From: the human T2T-CHM13v2.0 reference genome, Homo sapiens
DNA: 64,000 bases
Direction: 5' to 3' (one strand)
NCBI RefSeq assembly: GCF_009914755.1
Contig: NC_060947.1
The translations under genes were made by a program, and so were the position numbers. Shown here in pieces: positions 12,774 through 28,540 of the stretch; the first letter of the stretch is position 1, and each line of letters begins with the position of its first letter. A model generated the notes under the pieces. That model was given only the letters and a program-made list of their open reading frames with translations. It searched no databases and was not told the DNA's origin.

Positions 12774-13125
12774 TGTTGGTGGGAAGAACATAAGGTTCTT
12801 CATGGAGTGGGTGTTCAATATATGACTGATTGAAGAGAAGGTCAATTTGTAGGTCAACTAGGTGGTGCTGAAAGAATTGAGCAACTCCCATTTGTGCCTT
12901 ATGCCACATGCACTGTACATAACTGTGTCTTGGTCTCCAAACTAGGCCAGAGGTCAACTGTAACTTGGGCCAAAGGTGCCTTCTGTTTCCAGTTTTGAGC
13001 AAGGGAATGGCAGCTCTCCATATGGAGCAGGGACCAGGGGGTGCTGTTGGCAGATGCATGGTGAGAGCTGTCCTGAGGAAGTACCATCCAGAGTCTCGTC
13101 CTAGCAAGGTGTTTTAGTGTGGTTA

Positions 13126-13459
<334 letters not shown>

Positions 13460-14269
13460 TCAACTCCTGCTTCCAAAGATGGAAGTGAGAGAAGATTCTT
13501 TTTCCTTTAACTGAGTGGGCCCTTAGTTGAGATATACAGACATGTTTTAATTTCACTAACTCGGCCCCACAGTGTAGGAGGGGGAAAGGAACAGCAAGTA
13601 GTCCAGGTAGAGGAAGAGCTAGGGTCCCCACACTCTAGCCAGAATTGGGGGAGCTCCACCTTCTCTGATCAGGGGAGAGACAGGATTCCCATCACCTCCT
13701 TCCAATAACTAAAATAACCACAGCACAAATATGTGTCCTGTATCAGCAAGCTGCCATTGAAAGAGGGCCATGGACCCTGCGTATGATAGAGCATGCTAGG
13801 TGCACTCATGGTCCTTATAAAAGCAGCCAGGTATGCATGGGCTGGGCCCTGCATGCACAAGTTACCCATTGGTCCACTAAACGTATGTTCCTAAAACCCA
13901 TTATGGTCTTAAGAATTCAGACTGGCATGGATGCAAAAATTCAGATAACCCCTAAGTAATAAAAGTACTTATTTTTCTTTAGAACCTAAGACCTATAAGT
14001 CTCAACTAATTTGAAGAATACTCTGGTGACCAAAGGGAGAATGCCTCTTCAAAAGATTGCTTTTATTTGGAGGTTGCAGGCCTTGCATAGGGTCGTTCCC
14101 CCAGCCCCCGGGGACTCTGTTAATGAAGGGGTTTGGGTAGGGCTTGAGCCTCTGCTCCTTCAACATTTCAGCATACACACAAAAGAGCCTACTTCTCAGC
14201 ACAGATGTGACTACTATGTGTCCACTTGGATGTCACATTTCAGGGAAGGTTCATTCATAATACAGGTAA

Positions 14270-15580
14270 AATGTTACTATATTTTATCCTCTGTTGTTGC
14301 TTTGAAAAGTCAGTGGTCAGCCTTTTTACTCCTTTGAAAGTAATCTTTTCAGGTCACTTTTGAGGTTTTTTTGTTTCTTTTTGTTTGGTGTTCTGCAATT
14401 TTGCTATATGTTTCAGTATTGATTTGTTCTTTCTTATTCTGTTTGGGAGCCTTTGGGCTTCTGGTGTGTGGGTATATATCATTCATCAGGTTTCAGAACA
14501 TTCTCAGCTGTTATAACTTCAAACTCTGCCTCTGTTCCATTCTATTCTTCTGGGACCACATTTTAGAGATATGTTAGTCCATCTTACTGTGTCTTCTTAT
14601 CTCTTAATCTTTCTTTGATATTTTCTAATTTGTCTTACTGTATTGCACTTTGGCTAATTTCTTCAGCTGTATATTCCAGTTTATTATTTATCTCTTTAGT
14701 TAGTTCTATCCATTGAGTTTTTATTTCAGTTATTATATTTTTAATTTTTTTCAAACATACAAAACAGTCTGTAGGTAATAATTTTATTATCTGCAGTCTT
14801 TAAATTTCTGTTTTCAGGATTCCTGGCTTGTTTCCTTGTGTATTTAAGTTTTCTTTATTTTAAATATTATTATTTTTGTTGCTTTACTGTAAGTTGCTTA
14901 TTTTCCTTGGGATTTTATTTATGGGTAGTTTTTGACTCCTGGTTTCCTGTAGAAAGGATCTGTCTTCATTCTTGCTAGGCACCTGAGAGCTGCCAGTCTG
15001 GAATCATGCTAAATGAATTCTGACCTCAGGTTTTTTGATTACCCAAGTAGTATACATTCACTTTTCAAATACACATGATGGCTGGCTTGCCGTTCCAAGT
15101 TTTTATTGGAGATAACCTAGTTCCTTTCCCTGCTACTCCAACTCAGTGTAAAGATTGAGAGTAGATTTTCCTTATCGTCCTAGGGGGCAGGAGTAATTTG
15201 TATTTCTAGTACACGTTTACACTGAAGTGTAGCTTTTTGGGGTCCCAGCTTTATGAGAGTTATCTCCTATCAGACTCTTTTTGGGATATCTTGACCTTTG
15301 TCCCCCATCCCTTATGCCCTGTGAAGCTATGAGAAATCAAAGCTCAAGTTCAGCTGGCTTAGCAAATCTACTTTGGGTGAAAATTGGATGCCGTATCCCA
15401 CTTATGTCTCTGGGTTCCCACTTTCACTTTTTTTCTGGCTAGAAAATTCCTTGTGTATTTGACAGTTCATAGATTGAAAAATAAAACAATTTTAAAAATA
15501 TTTTATCCAGGACTTTTGGATGTTTTCAGTGGTAGATTTGTTTAAGAACTAGCTTTTTATATGCTCAGAAATGAACATCT
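14270..15580 (-). mobile_element. Ancient L1M/HAL1-like fragment
   Basis: T-rich degenerate sequence resembling the antisense of an old L1/HAL1 ORF1 region. Confidence 0.45.
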
Positions 15581-16189
15581 GGATCTTGTTTTCCAACACT
15601 TTTATGGCTGTGTCCTTACTTTCAGGAGCAACCAGGAGGACATTCTAATTCTATTCCTTGGTTGTCAGTGCTCTCCTGAAATATCTCTAAATAAGTTGAT
15701 AAATACCTACTGTGTGTCTAGTATTGTGCTAAGTTCTATGAAATATCGGGAAGACCATGTAGCTTCTCATGTAGCTAACAGAACATTGGCAGTAGTGGCC
15801 TTCAGCCCTTGGAACACTGATTTAAACCATATTTTCATTTCCAAACCCTTTTAAGCCCTAGAAATTAGCATTTAGAATGATGTGGTTGTAAGACTGTAAG
15901 GTACATAAAGGCAGAGGCCATTTGTATCTTGTTTATAATAGTTGGCACATAGTAGATGCTCAATAAATACTGAATGAATGAGTATCTGGGAGGTCATGGA
16001 GGCAGATTCCAATGCTGATCAGTTCCCATGGCAATTTAATTAGAAAATTCCAGATCCATGCTCACAGGTGTGGAGGAGAAAGAATAGCTCAATAGCAGGA
16101 GGTCAAACCATCATGTGTTTGGGTCATTGGTATATCAAGTTTCTAAGTCAAGGGTCCACTCTCTACCATAAAGGGCCTCAGGGCACATG

Positions 16190-16410
16190 TAGGTAGTATA
16201 AGTCGGTGATTAAGAACATGGACTCTGAAGTCAGACTGCCCATTTTCATCCTGGCTCTGTAAGTTACGTTGGGTCAGTTACTTAACCTCTTTGTGTCTCA
16301 GTTTTCTTAGGTTCTACCTATAGAGTTGTAGGAATTAGCTACTACATACTAAGTATTAAGACAATGCCTGGCAGAGAAGTGCCATGTACTAACAATTACT
16401 TATTATTTCT
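16190..16410 (+). mobile_element. MIR SINE
   Basis: ttaagaacatggactctgaagtcagactgcc...gttacttaacctctttgtgtctcagttt. Confidence 0.75.
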
Positions 16411-18831
16411 ATTATTATTATCTCCGTTGTTGTTTTGAACACCAGTCACATCATAAAAAATACATTCTCCTGGGAGTTATTTGTCATTTCTATATGAAAA
16501 TATTCTGAGTTTTCATACTTACCCCTTAGGATTTTGGAGCCTGCCCTACTGGAGTATTTCTCCAGGTAGGGGTTGAATACCTCTGTATCTTTTTTTTTTT
16601 TTTTAGGGAAATATATTAAAATACAGGATGCTGGGCCCCATCCCAGTTGGTCCAAAGAAATTTCTTTCTCTGAAACTCTGTGATGAAAATAAAGATTCTA
16701 CACATTCTCTGTGTGTTGGGTTAGCCAGGAACTGCTGCAGGTTTAAGTTTACCATCCTTCAGTGCTGATGGAAAATCTGGGAGCAGGCTTGGAGCCTGAG
16801 AAGAAATAGAGAATTGGAGAGTTAAACAGAAGAGAAGAGAAGAAAGAAAGAAATAGAAAGAAGTGACCAGAGTGTACTCATGTCAGGAGGTGGTCAAATC
16901 CCATCCATCTCTGGTGGCCTCCAGGGGATATGTGACATTTGCTTTCCCTTGATTTAGGGATTTATGAACCTGGCTCCAACTTAAAGCAGAGGTCATGGGG
17001 ATTGTTAGGGGGAGATGTTAGAAGTAACAGGCCAGGGAAGCCTGCCTCACAAATGACTGCCAGGCCCACTGGTTGCCTTTAAGCAATGACCCCCAGGGAG
17101 TAGATTAACCAGATTCCCTTCTTGGCAGATGGTGGGGTGGGGGGTTAGGCTGAGTGCCCTTGAGCTGTTTTGACTGGCCTGAAAGCCAAATCCAGATGCT
17201 TTCCTGCTTGCCTTTGCTCTAGTGCTAGTGGAGGGTTGGCATTTATATCAGTCATGCCATCTGATGCTCAGGTCTTTTAAAGACATTACAATATGGGTGG
17301 AGGGTAACACAGACTACCTGTGCGGATGAAGAACTGGGAGTTTAGTACCTTTCCTCTCATACCTACTGCTCTACATGGCCTAAATTTTCTGGGTGGAATC
17401 TGTAACCCAGGGTAGAGGAAAATGATGTGTTGGTCCTGTCATTGGTGGAAAGGGGCCTCGTTGATCCCCTTGTTCCACTACCTAAGCAGGAATGTTAGGC
17501 CTGGGCAAGTCAGTCTGCAGGCACAGTTTGGCCTCCACATACAAGCCAATTTTCTTTTGACTTGCAGCTGCCCTGGTTCCTCGGTAGGCTTTTGAACCAT
17601 CTCTTTGATTAATTAGACTTTCCTCTGAGTTCTTTGGAGAGATCTGTACAAATACTAACTTTCCCTTATTGAGTAAAAAGTCAAATAATGTGTTCAGGAC
17701 TGGACTTCGAAGTCCTGAAACACCATCTTGTATACTCAAAACATCTTTCTTTTTTGTGTATGAAATTCAACCTTTGTCTCAGTTTGAAGAAGTGATAAAT
17801 AAATTTGCATTTTGTGAATTTGGAGCTCCCTGAGTCCATTTTGATGGCTAGGTAGTACCTATATTATGGCAGCTAGGTAGCGTAAGTCCTTCCGTTTTCA
17901 TAGTAGACTTTATTTCTTTTCCATCAGGGAGCAGCCTGAAGTATGGAACAGACAATAATGGTTAAGATGATGGGTTCTTGAGCCAGGTTCCCTGGGTTCA
18001 AATGCCGGCTGAGCCACTTAATAAACCCAAGACCATAGGCAAATTATTTCACTGAAACCCTATCCCTTTTTCTTTTAAAATGGACCTTGGATACACATAA
18101 TTGGAGTAATCATATTTCTAATCCTTGACTCATTTCATGCTGCACCATTCGTCCATGTATAGCCTGCTTTAATTTTATTTATGTGTGCATTTACTTTTTT
18201 ATGGATAATATGACAACTGTGAGCCCAACTTAAGAATTAGCCACATTGATGAGAACTCAGTCTGCCTGTGTGCTGCTCCCCCAATCCTGCTCTCTACCTC
18301 CCTCTCCACCCTGAAGGAATCGCTGGCCTGAATTTTGGTTATTATTCTTTTTCTCTTTTTGAAGTTTTATCTCTCTCATATGCACAGAGATATTTATATT
18401 CATATTGATGTAGCTATGGATATATAGATATATACATGTAGATATATCTTCCTAAATAAGATATTACTTGGTTGTTTTTCTGGCCCTCATAAAAAGGGTA
18501 TTATGTTTTAGGTAGTTTTCTGGTACTTGCTTGTTTTACTCATCATTATATTAGTATGATTCATTCCTGCCACAGAGTATAACTGTAGTTACAATTTCAC
18601 TGTGGCATAACATTTCATGTTAATATACCACAATGTATTTCTCCAGTCTCCTTGAGATGGGTTTTTGGTCATTTCCAGTATTTTACTATCATGAAAAATT
18701 CCTCTGTTCCTCAGTTTTCTCATCTTCAAATTGGGGAATAACCATAGGAGCTACCACATAAGGGTGTTATGAAGATAAAAGGAGTTAAAGTGCTTAGAAC
18801 AAGACCTTGCTCATAGCATATTGTTGGTCCG

Positions 18832-19538
<707 letters not shown>

Positions 19539-20175
19539 GTCAGTAAGTATTCATTATGACCATCATTCTCTTCACCCTCCTCCTTATCATTAAAGCTCAA
19601 GAAAATGCAGCAGACTTAGTTATGATATATCCCCTAGGAACACTATTATGTGAACTATTATTATTATCCTTAGGCAGACCAAACACCAGAGCTTCCTTCC
19701 CGGCCTTTTCAGAAATGACTTTGGATACTTGGATACCAGCAACAAGTACTCAAAAATGGTAAATTGTGGTTTCTTAAGATGATAGGCAGCAGCTCCTTAA
19801 GTCAGTTAGATGTGGGAGGAGGAGAGTGAGGAGGTTTCATTTCCATCTTGGTTAAAAGAAACAGCTAAGTGAGCTCTTGTAGAGTATCTAATGGTATACA
19901 GACTCGAAATTGCCACTTGGTAAAGTTCTATGGGTTTTCCTGAAAGAGGCAGGCAGATCTGGTTTTTCAAACCAGGAAATACACTTGCACAAGTGGCTGT
20001 GCCACCAGAACAAACAGCATCTTTTATGGGCTCAAAGTATTTGACATTAGGGAGCTGGCTAGGGGAAGGCACCTGATGACCACAACTCTGTTCCCCTGCT
20101 CTCTCAAGGGCTCTAAGCACTAAGGAGGAAGTCAGGAGTAGCCCTGATAGGGTTTGGACTCCAAAAGGAAGGACC

Positions 20176-20493
20176 AGCCAGACACAGTGGCTCACGCCTG
20201 TAATCGCAGCACTTTGGGAGACAGAGGCAGGCAGATCACTTGAGGCCAGGAGTTCGAGACAAGTCTGGCCAACATGGCAAAACTCTGTATCTACTAAAAA
20301 TACACACACACACACAAAATAGCCAAGCACAGTGGCCTGTGCCTGTAGTCCCAGCTACTCGGGAGGCTGAGGCAGGAGAATCTCTTGAACTCAGGAGGCA
20401 GAGGTTGCAGTAAGCCTAGATCACACCACTGCACGCTAGCCTGAACAACAGAGCGAGACTCTGTCTCAAAAAAAAAAAAAAAAAAAAAAAAAA
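20176..20493 (+). mobile_element. AluS SINE with long pure A tail
   Basis: Dimer with (CA)n in the linker; flanked by the aaggacc repeat. Confidence 0.93.
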
Positions 20494-20759
20494 GGACCAG
20501 TGGCTGCCCCCCCGCTTAATTATGCCCCCCTGCCCTTTCCATGTCAGACGATGAAAATTAGATGGAATAGCATGTGCCTGGCAGGGCTGTGGGCATCTGT
20601 CCTTACTGGAGGTGAGGTGAGGAGTGGGAGTAGGGTCTCGAGGGAAAAATACAATGAGAACAAGGGATTTGGGGGTCTATGGATGCCCCCTTTACACATT
20701 ATTTTCTTAACAGGCTGTGATTCTCCAAAGGAGGGAATTCTTAAAAACTAGAACAAATT

Positions 20760-22200
20760 AACACTAATCATCATTAATAATTTAATGCATCCTCTTGGAT
20801 AAGGATTCCTGTAATGTAGAGATGTAAAGAATGTAACATAAAAGTTCCCACCTCCTACTCCCCAGAGAGAATTGCTGTTAACAGTTTGGTGTACTTATCT
20901 TTTAACTTTTTTCATCCTTTAAAAGAATTTAGCTACATGATTAAAAATGAATACATTCATTTGTTATAAAAAATATATATATACAAGTATACAGAGCCCA
21001 AAGTCAAGATCTTCCCTTTCCTATCCCAGTCTCTCTTCCTCAATCCTGTTTCCTTCTCCAGTTTGGGGAATAGTAACTGGGTGCTATCTTAGATCCATTT
21101 TATATACACCCAAAAATACATATACAAACTTATTCCTTTTCTTCTAAAAAAAAAAAGGATCATGCCTTATACAATATAGACTTGCTCTATTTTACCTAGA
21201 AATGGTTGTACCTCCTTAACAACAACAACAAAAAAGGTGGAGTAATACATCTTCCAGAGTGTTTTTTGATGACTGTCTTACTGATGATGGTCATTTAGGT
21301 TGCTTTTTTAAATTACAAATTTTTTGTAATTATAAATAATGCTGCAGTGAACATCTTTATGCATATATTTTTGTGCATGTGGGCAAGTATTGCTGTTAGT
21401 ACCAATTCCTAGAAGTGAAATTACTGAGTCAAACTGAATGGGCATTTTAAAGTTTTCATAGATATTGACAAATTGTTCTCCAGAAATAATGTATCTTGTT
21501 TCTTCTTCGGTGTACTGTATCTTGGGGTTTCACCATATTAGTTCATACTTTTATCATTTAAATTTAGTTAAATATTTAAAAATTCCTAAGTTTTTACTAT
21601 ACAAATTTTCAAACATATTGAAAAGTTGAAATAGTAGCATAGTGAACAATGACTGTACATCCTCCAGCTAGATTCAACAATATCTAACATTTCTCCATAT
21701 TCACTTCCTATCTAAATTTGCTGAATCATTTCAAAGTTGCAGACATCTTGATGCCTCAGTCTAAGTACTTCAGCCTGCAGCTCCTAAGACTAAGGACATT
21801 CTCTCGTATAACTACAATACCTTACCACAATTAAGAAAATTATCAACATTTCTATAATACCATCTACCTTATTTAATCAGCTTACATTTAAATTTCCTTG
21901 ATTGTCCCAAGAATGTCTTTTAAAAAAAAATCAGGATCCAGTGAAGTTTCAAGTATTGCTTTTGATTATTCCATCTCTTTACTGGTTTTCATTTTTTTAA
22001 CCTAAGAACGGTACCCCCTTCTTCATTTATGATACTGAAATTTAGGGAGTTATTTTGTAGAATGTCCCACATTCTGGATTTGAATGTTTCCTTAATGACA
22101 CCTTCTTATTTTTAATGGCAATGTGGTATTCTGTACCATGAATTCATCGTGGTTTTTTTAACTAGTCCCCTATTGATGGTCATTTAGGTCGTGGCATTCC
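20760..22200 (-). mobile_element. Cluster of ancient L1ME/L1MC fragments
   Basis: AT-rich, with motifs such as gctgcagtgaacatcttt and cctagaagtgaaattactgagtcaa. Confidence 0.55.
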
Positions 22201-24319
22201 TTTTGTGGCTCCTCTCACAAGTGGTATTTCGTCCTAAGGAGTTTGTGGCCCCAGTAGGCCACAGTTAAAGTCTGTGGTCAGTTAATGAAGATAAAGTGTT
22301 CCAAAACCTAACTTCGCTGGCAGGAACATTATCAAGGGCAGTTGTAAACTGTGAATTGCATCCTTTCCCCTCTAAAGGAGATGGATTATCTTTTTTGATT
22401 CCCTGATTTATTTTGAGAGGCTGTAGTCTAGGGCTGAGCTGAGACCAGGGTTCTGTCTTTGTAACTACCTATTCTCACTTGGCACCTGATCATTAACCAT
22501 GGACTCTTCTGGTAAGGCCAAGTCACCTGAGGTATGGTGTGAGCTCCCTTAATTTGCAGTGTGCAGCCCTCCCTCAAGCAGTTATTCTCACTTCAGCCTG
22601 TTCTTCCTTCCTCATCTCCTGGGATCCCAAAGCTAATATTTCCATCTGTGCTTTGGGTCCTATTCCCTCCCACCTGCTTCCAGTCCTCTCGCTGTCTAGT
22701 GCCTCCTGCCCCTTATGCTTCTCCAGCATCTCCCTGTCCACTGGCTCCTTCCTTCAGTCTATACAGAATCTCTCCTGTTCTTAACAGTTATTTCTCAATA
22801 TTGATACCACCCTTTAGTTATAGTTTTCATCTCTCTCCAGGCATTTACTCTTCTCAAAAGATTACTGAGGACCAGGGGTCCACCAAATGGGGTGCAAGAG
22901 ATGTTCCATTGGGTGTGTGAAGAAAATGTTAGATTTCTATTCTAATAAAATTTCATCCTTTTAAATTTCCATGTTTGTGTGTCCTGATGTACATTTAGGT
23001 GTGCATATTTTATAATTTACAGTTATACATGTATATCATTTGCCTTACTTTCGATTCTTATCATCCTCTCTAGCCCCCTTCAGATCCACACCCACCTACA
23101 TTCTCACCGATTTATGAGCTTCTCTCCCAGGCAGTCACACTGGCATCACAAATTCAGCATGGCCCCAGCTTCTTTTCTTGTACCTCACCTCCTCCAATCT
23201 GCACCCTAGACTGTAGGTCCCAACATAGGGAGAAGCCCCAACATCCCACCATCCATCTAAGCCATAGCCTGTGAGTCATCTTCAACTTCTTATCTTCTCT
23301 TACTTCTGCACAATACCCTGTCCAGTCAATTAATTAGTCCTGGCAATTCAACTTCCTTACCTTCTCTCAAATCTGCCCATCCTCTCTTCTCTCGCTGTGT
23401 CTGCCTTTGTTTAGGCATTGCTATCGCCAGCCCCTAACTGGTCCCTCTGCCTCAAGTAGCAAACCCTGCACACAACCACCAAAAGGAGCTCTGCAAAACT
23501 ACATACCATGCATGCCTCTCACTCACTTAGAAAATTCAAACCAAAGCCAATACATGATCTACAGGGCCTCCCATGATCTTTTCCTGCACTGATATTCTTG
23601 CCTTATCTGTTAGCCTCCTCAACTAGACTATGAACTGTTGTAGGGCAGGGGTCCCTACCCTGCAAGATGTCTTCATTATTGCCACATAGCAAGAGGCAAG
23701 CACATTACCTGTCACCTAGGCGTGCCTTAATAGGTGTTTTTGGTCAACAGTATGAAAGTGAGAATAGGACTGTTTTGGGTAAGAACAGGAGAGTGGAGTT
23801 GACCTTCCTTTGAGAAATAAAGAAGTTTCCAGTGAGAAACTCTGGCCTATAGATAGGCCAAATGAATGGACTGATGTGGGGAGCTAAAGTTACCCTGGTA
23901 GTCATCTGATAAACATACTAATGTGTGACTTAGGACTGTGGGACAGGCCCAGGTGATACCATCTCTTCTTGCTAAGGCAGAATGATGAAATGAAACCCCA
24001 GCTTTTGACCTAGAAAGATGTGGCATTAAGTCTTACTGCCTGGGATGGAAATTCTGGCTTTCCTGGTTACTGGCTGGATTGATGTTGAAAAGGGGGATAG
24101 TGATTATAACAGCCAGCATTTAATGAGTACTTACTATATGCCAGCACTGGGCCAAGGATTCTACAGGTATTATTTCACCACAACTGGATGAAGTAGATAC
24201 TGTTATTCCCATTTATGAATAAGTCAACTGAGGCTCAGCAAAATTAAATGATTTGCCCAAAGTTGTATAGAGAATAAATGATGGAGACAGAATTTCAATC
24301 TCAGCAGCCTGACTCCAGG

Positions 24320-26400
24320 CTGGAGATACCGATTGGGAGTCATCAGTATACAGATGGTATCTAGAGCCAGGAACCTGGATAAGATTACCTAGTGAGTGGG
24401 AGTAGCTATAGAAGAGGAACATGGAATTGGTTCTTGGCCCCTGTAGTATTTAGAGATGAGGGACATAGGGGAAATTCAGCAAAGGAGATTGAGAAGGAAC
24501 GCCATTGAGGTAGAGAAAGAACAGAGGGTGATGTGCGAGAATCCCAGCACAGAAAGTCTATTCAGGATGAGGGAATGATCAACTGCATCAAATACTGTTG
24601 ATGGACCAAGTAAGATGAGACCTGAAAATAGACCAGGACTAGTATTTCTAGTTGTGCAGGTTGTTAATTGCATAATGGAGTGAGTGGTATCTAGAATCTC
24701 TCTGACACCCTGGCATGGGGTTGAGCCTTGGCAGAAGAAGGAGAGCCTATTTCACATAAAGACGCCATGTGGGCTAACTTCCATCCTTGTGTTGCCTACT
24801 GGAATTAGAAACATGGAGGTCATTGGTAACCTCAACAAAAGCAATTTGAGTGAAATGGTAGGAATGAAAATGTGATTGAATTGGATGGAAGAATACTTCA
24901 GAGGAAAGGCAGTGATGGCGATGAGTAGAGACATCTCTGGAGGAGTTTTGCTGTAAAGTATAAAGGAAAGCAGAGAAATAGAGGTGGAAGCTCCATTACT
25001 ACCACAAATGGAAGTGAGGTCAAGAGCTTTTGTTTCTTTAGATGAAAGGTATTTTAGCATGTTTGTTTTCTGATAGCAATGATCCAGTGAGAAAAACAGA
25101 CAATTGCTGGTATGACATTCTTGAGTAGGTGAGAAAGGATAGGATCTAGTACAGGAGTGATGGTACTAGCCTTAGCCAGCAGCACAGGTGCTTCCTGCAT
25201 AGTAGCAGAGGAAAAAGCAGCTGTGGGGATGGGTGCAGGGAGGAGGGAGGTATGGAGGTGGGAGCTTATGCATGTTATCTTCTAATGGCTCTCCATGCCC
25301 CCTCACCTCACTGAAATAGGAAACCATTTCCTCAGCTGAGAGCGAGGATGGGGAAGGTCTGAGGAAAGCAGGAGAAGTTGTGAAATAGTGGCCTGGGAGA
25401 GAGGAGAGTAAATGGTCTTGGGAATATAGTGAGATTGTAGAGCAGCATGAAAGTCTGGCACTAAGTTTGTTGTCATGAATGTAAAGGGTTAATAGCATGG
25501 CTTTATATTTTTCTCCAGACATGTTTGCTTGCATGGGTTTAGGGATGTGAAGTCAGACAGTTGGATTTAGCCAGGAATGTGGTATTGCAAGGTAAGTAGG
25601 ACAAAAAGAGAGAGTGTGTCAGGAGAGTTGGGAATGTACTGAAGGAAGTGATGGGCCTTGAACTCAATGCTGGTGAGCATAGAAGTGAGGACATGAGGTT
25701 GGTGAGGGGGCAGTAAAAAGGTGGTAGGATCAAGACTGTAGGTCCTGGTGAAGTGGGAAAATTGTGAGAGTAGGGATATTAGAGGGAGTGAATTGGCCAG
25801 ACACAAGGTGGTGGCTGGATAGTAGGGTGCATGACAGAGGTTATGGAGAGATCACAGCCATTAACAGTAACTGGTGTGACCATGTGAAAAAGGTGTGAGG
25901 TAAAATGGAGAGGAGACCTTGAGGAGCATGGAGGGCAAGGCATTGAGAGGCCAGGGTGTTGCTAAATATTGATACCGCAGAGATTTTGACAAAGGAATGT
26001 TGGAAAGGCATCACAGGGAGGGGAAAGGCAAAACCTTCAAGGACTGAAGAAGGGAGGGTATACATGGAGGGGGCCGTAAATCCGTAAATGACTGCAACAG
26101 AAAGGAGTAGTGGGTGCCATAGTCTCAGGACATGAGATTCAAATCAGCAGAGTGGTTAGCAAGGAGGCAGAGAGAATGGTCTGGAAGAGACAGCAATTTA
26201 GAAACATCTGTGAGGCACAGAGAGGCACTCCCTTGGCCCAGTTGTGTAAGGTTATATGAGAAGAAAAACCCCCACTACTTGAGAGAGCTGTCAGGATAGC
26301 AGTGTCTTCAGAGAGGAAGAACTAAGTTTTTCTTAAAGAAAAAAGGTGAAGGGACTGCTCAGGTGACTGATGTAAACAGGGAAGTAGGGGCGTGGTGGGA
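24320..26400 (-). mobile_element. Long L2 LINE remnant including RT region
   Basis: Minus-strand FSGLILLGPSTVFDAVDHSLIL resembles the L2/CR1 RT motif LILLDLSAAFDTVDH. Confidence 0.8.
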
Positions 26401-26901
26401 TCAGTGGTCTCCATGGCAGAGGACAGTGGTGTAGCTGTCAGGGTTGTAGAGTGGGAGGAAGGAGGTTGAGATTCTTTCCACGAACAGAGTCCACGCACCT
26501 ACTGTTTCAGACAGTCTAAACTCTAGAGCCCTAGAGAACTTTACCACTCTGGTCTTTTGATTCTAAAAAGGATGTTGACTTGTGAGAAGGTAGTTAATGA
26601 CCTGTGTTGCTTAAAGCATTTTTATTACTTTTGACTTTAAATTGCATTGATGCAGGACTTTTTGTCTATAACCTCAGGATTCCTCCAGCTGAAAAAGAAC
26701 CAGGCTATGTATATTAGAGTGGAATTCCAGGTATGAGTTCTCTAGTGTGTAGAAATGAATTAACCAAGTGGAACTCTTTCTAGGGAAGTATGGCATTTCA
26801 CAGATATTACTTGTAAAATGGGGAAAAGAGGGTCAGGGGAGGCTCGCTGAGAAAGTTCCCAGAACTCAGCCCAGACTCGGTGCTCAGTAAAGAACTGTCT
26901 T

Positions 26902-27078
26902 AGCTGGGCATCATGGTGCATGCCTATAGTCCCAGCTACTTGGGAGGTTAAGGCAGGAGGATTGCTTGAGCCCAGGAGCTCAGGGCTGTAGCATGCCATG
27001 ATTGTGCATGAGAATAGCCACTGTACTGCAGCCTGGGTGACATAATGAGACCCTATTTCTTTAAAAACAAAAACAAAA
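26902..27078 (+). mobile_element. Fossil Alu monomer (FAM)
   Basis: Monomer retaining the 7SL-derived gaatagccactg segment that is absent from dimeric Alus. Confidence 0.8.
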
Positions 27079-27247
27079 ACTTTTTCCTCCATTATTGATT
27101 GCCCTTTCCCCCTGTCCCTGTGCCTATTGCTGTTTCTTTGGATGTTATTTAATTTCTCTGTGCCTTAGTTTCCTGTATGTCAGATGCGCATGATCATAGT
27201 CCCTACTTCATAGGAAAGTTGTAATAATTAAATGAGATAACACTATG

Positions 27248-27609
27248 TGTATTAGTCCGTTTTCATGCTGCTGATAAAGACATACACAAGACTGGGTAAC
27301 TTATAAAGAAAAAGAGGTTTAATGGACTCACAGTTCCATGTAGCTGGGGAGGCCTCACAATCATGGCAGAAGGTGAAAAGCACGTCTTACATGGTGGCAG
27401 GCAAGAGAGAATGAGAGCCAAGTGAAAGGGGAAACCCCTTATAAAACCATCAGATCTCATGAGACTTATTCACTACCACCAGAACAGTATGGAGGAAAAT
27501 GCCCCCATGATTCAGTTATCTCCCACTGGGTCCCTCCCACAGCACGTGGGAATTATGGGAGGTACAATTCAAGATAAGATTTGGGTGGGGTCACAGCCAA
27601 AACATATCA
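27248..27609 (-). mobile_element. THE1 (THE1B/C-like) solo LTR inserted in a MIR
   Basis: tgtattagtccgttttcatgctgctgataaagac...cacagccaaaacatatca; TG...CA ends; MIR sequence on both sides. Confidence 0.9.
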
Positions 27610-28319
27610 ACGTATAGAAATATTTAACACAGTACATGGTACATAATATAAGTACTTAAATATGATTTGCTATTAAATGACAAGTGGTAAGTTCTTGGCT
27701 CCCATTCAACTCTCTTATTCTTGCCATTATGTTTCTTCTTACTTCACCCCCTTTCTCTTACATCTTCTTCCCTTTCTCTCCTTCTTTTTCCACACTTCCT
27801 CCTTAACCTATTTCCTCTTTCCCTCCCCTGGCTTTGGTTGCAGTGGCATATGCACCTAGTTCAGTACTCTTTGTGGCCCCCTGAAGTAGAGAAGTCTTAG
27901 AGTAGGGGTGAGGCAGCCATCAGAGGAAGGAAACTGCTGGTGGGGACAGTCTCTTGGCCATTCCATCTGAAGTCTGTAGTGTAGCCATGGTGGCTGCAGA
28001 GATGCAAAGGGCCAGTGACAAGAGGCTCAGGAGCTGGGAGGCCTATGTTGCAGGGCAAGTTTGGCTACTGTGTGATGTGTGGCTGGGGCACCAGACAGTA
28101 GGCAGAGCATGCTATGAAGATGAGGATCATTTGAACAGGAAGGGACTGGGCTAAATCACCATGTGGAGGGACGAGTGAGGACATGTGCATGTCCTGCCCC
28201 TGGTCCTGTTGCTGATACCACTATGACTACTCCCATTCATAAGGGTGGCTCCTCCCCACGGGGCATCTCCTGTCAGTCGGCCTTCTGTGGGAGGGAGCGA
28301 GTGAGCAAAGGATAGCTGA

Positions 28320-28540
28320 GTGTGCTGGCTAAGACTATAAATTCTAGAGCCAAACTGCTTGGATTTGAATCCTGGCTCTGTCACCGAATGAGAATGTATC
28401 CTTGAGTAAGTTATCTAACTTTTCTGTGCCTCAGTGTCCCATCTCTAAAATGGATATAATTGGAACAATACAGTTCTTATGAGGATTTGTTTAAATTAAC
28501 AGTTTACAAAGTGATTTTCATAGTTCATGGCATAAAAGAA
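28320..28540 (+). mobile_element. MIR SINE
   Basis: ggatttgaatcctggctctgtcac...tgtgcctcagtgtcccatctctaaaatgg. Confidence 0.75.

Noticed and set aside
12852-12870. CTCF-like ggtcaactaggtggtgctg (also ~32990 and ~56183)
   Set aside because: Mismatches at the key CC and GGC core positions; too weak to call.
26678-26730. 53-nt cryptic exon (acctcag| ... CAG|gtatga)
   Set aside because: Splice signals are moderate, such pairs are common in long introns, and there is no other support.
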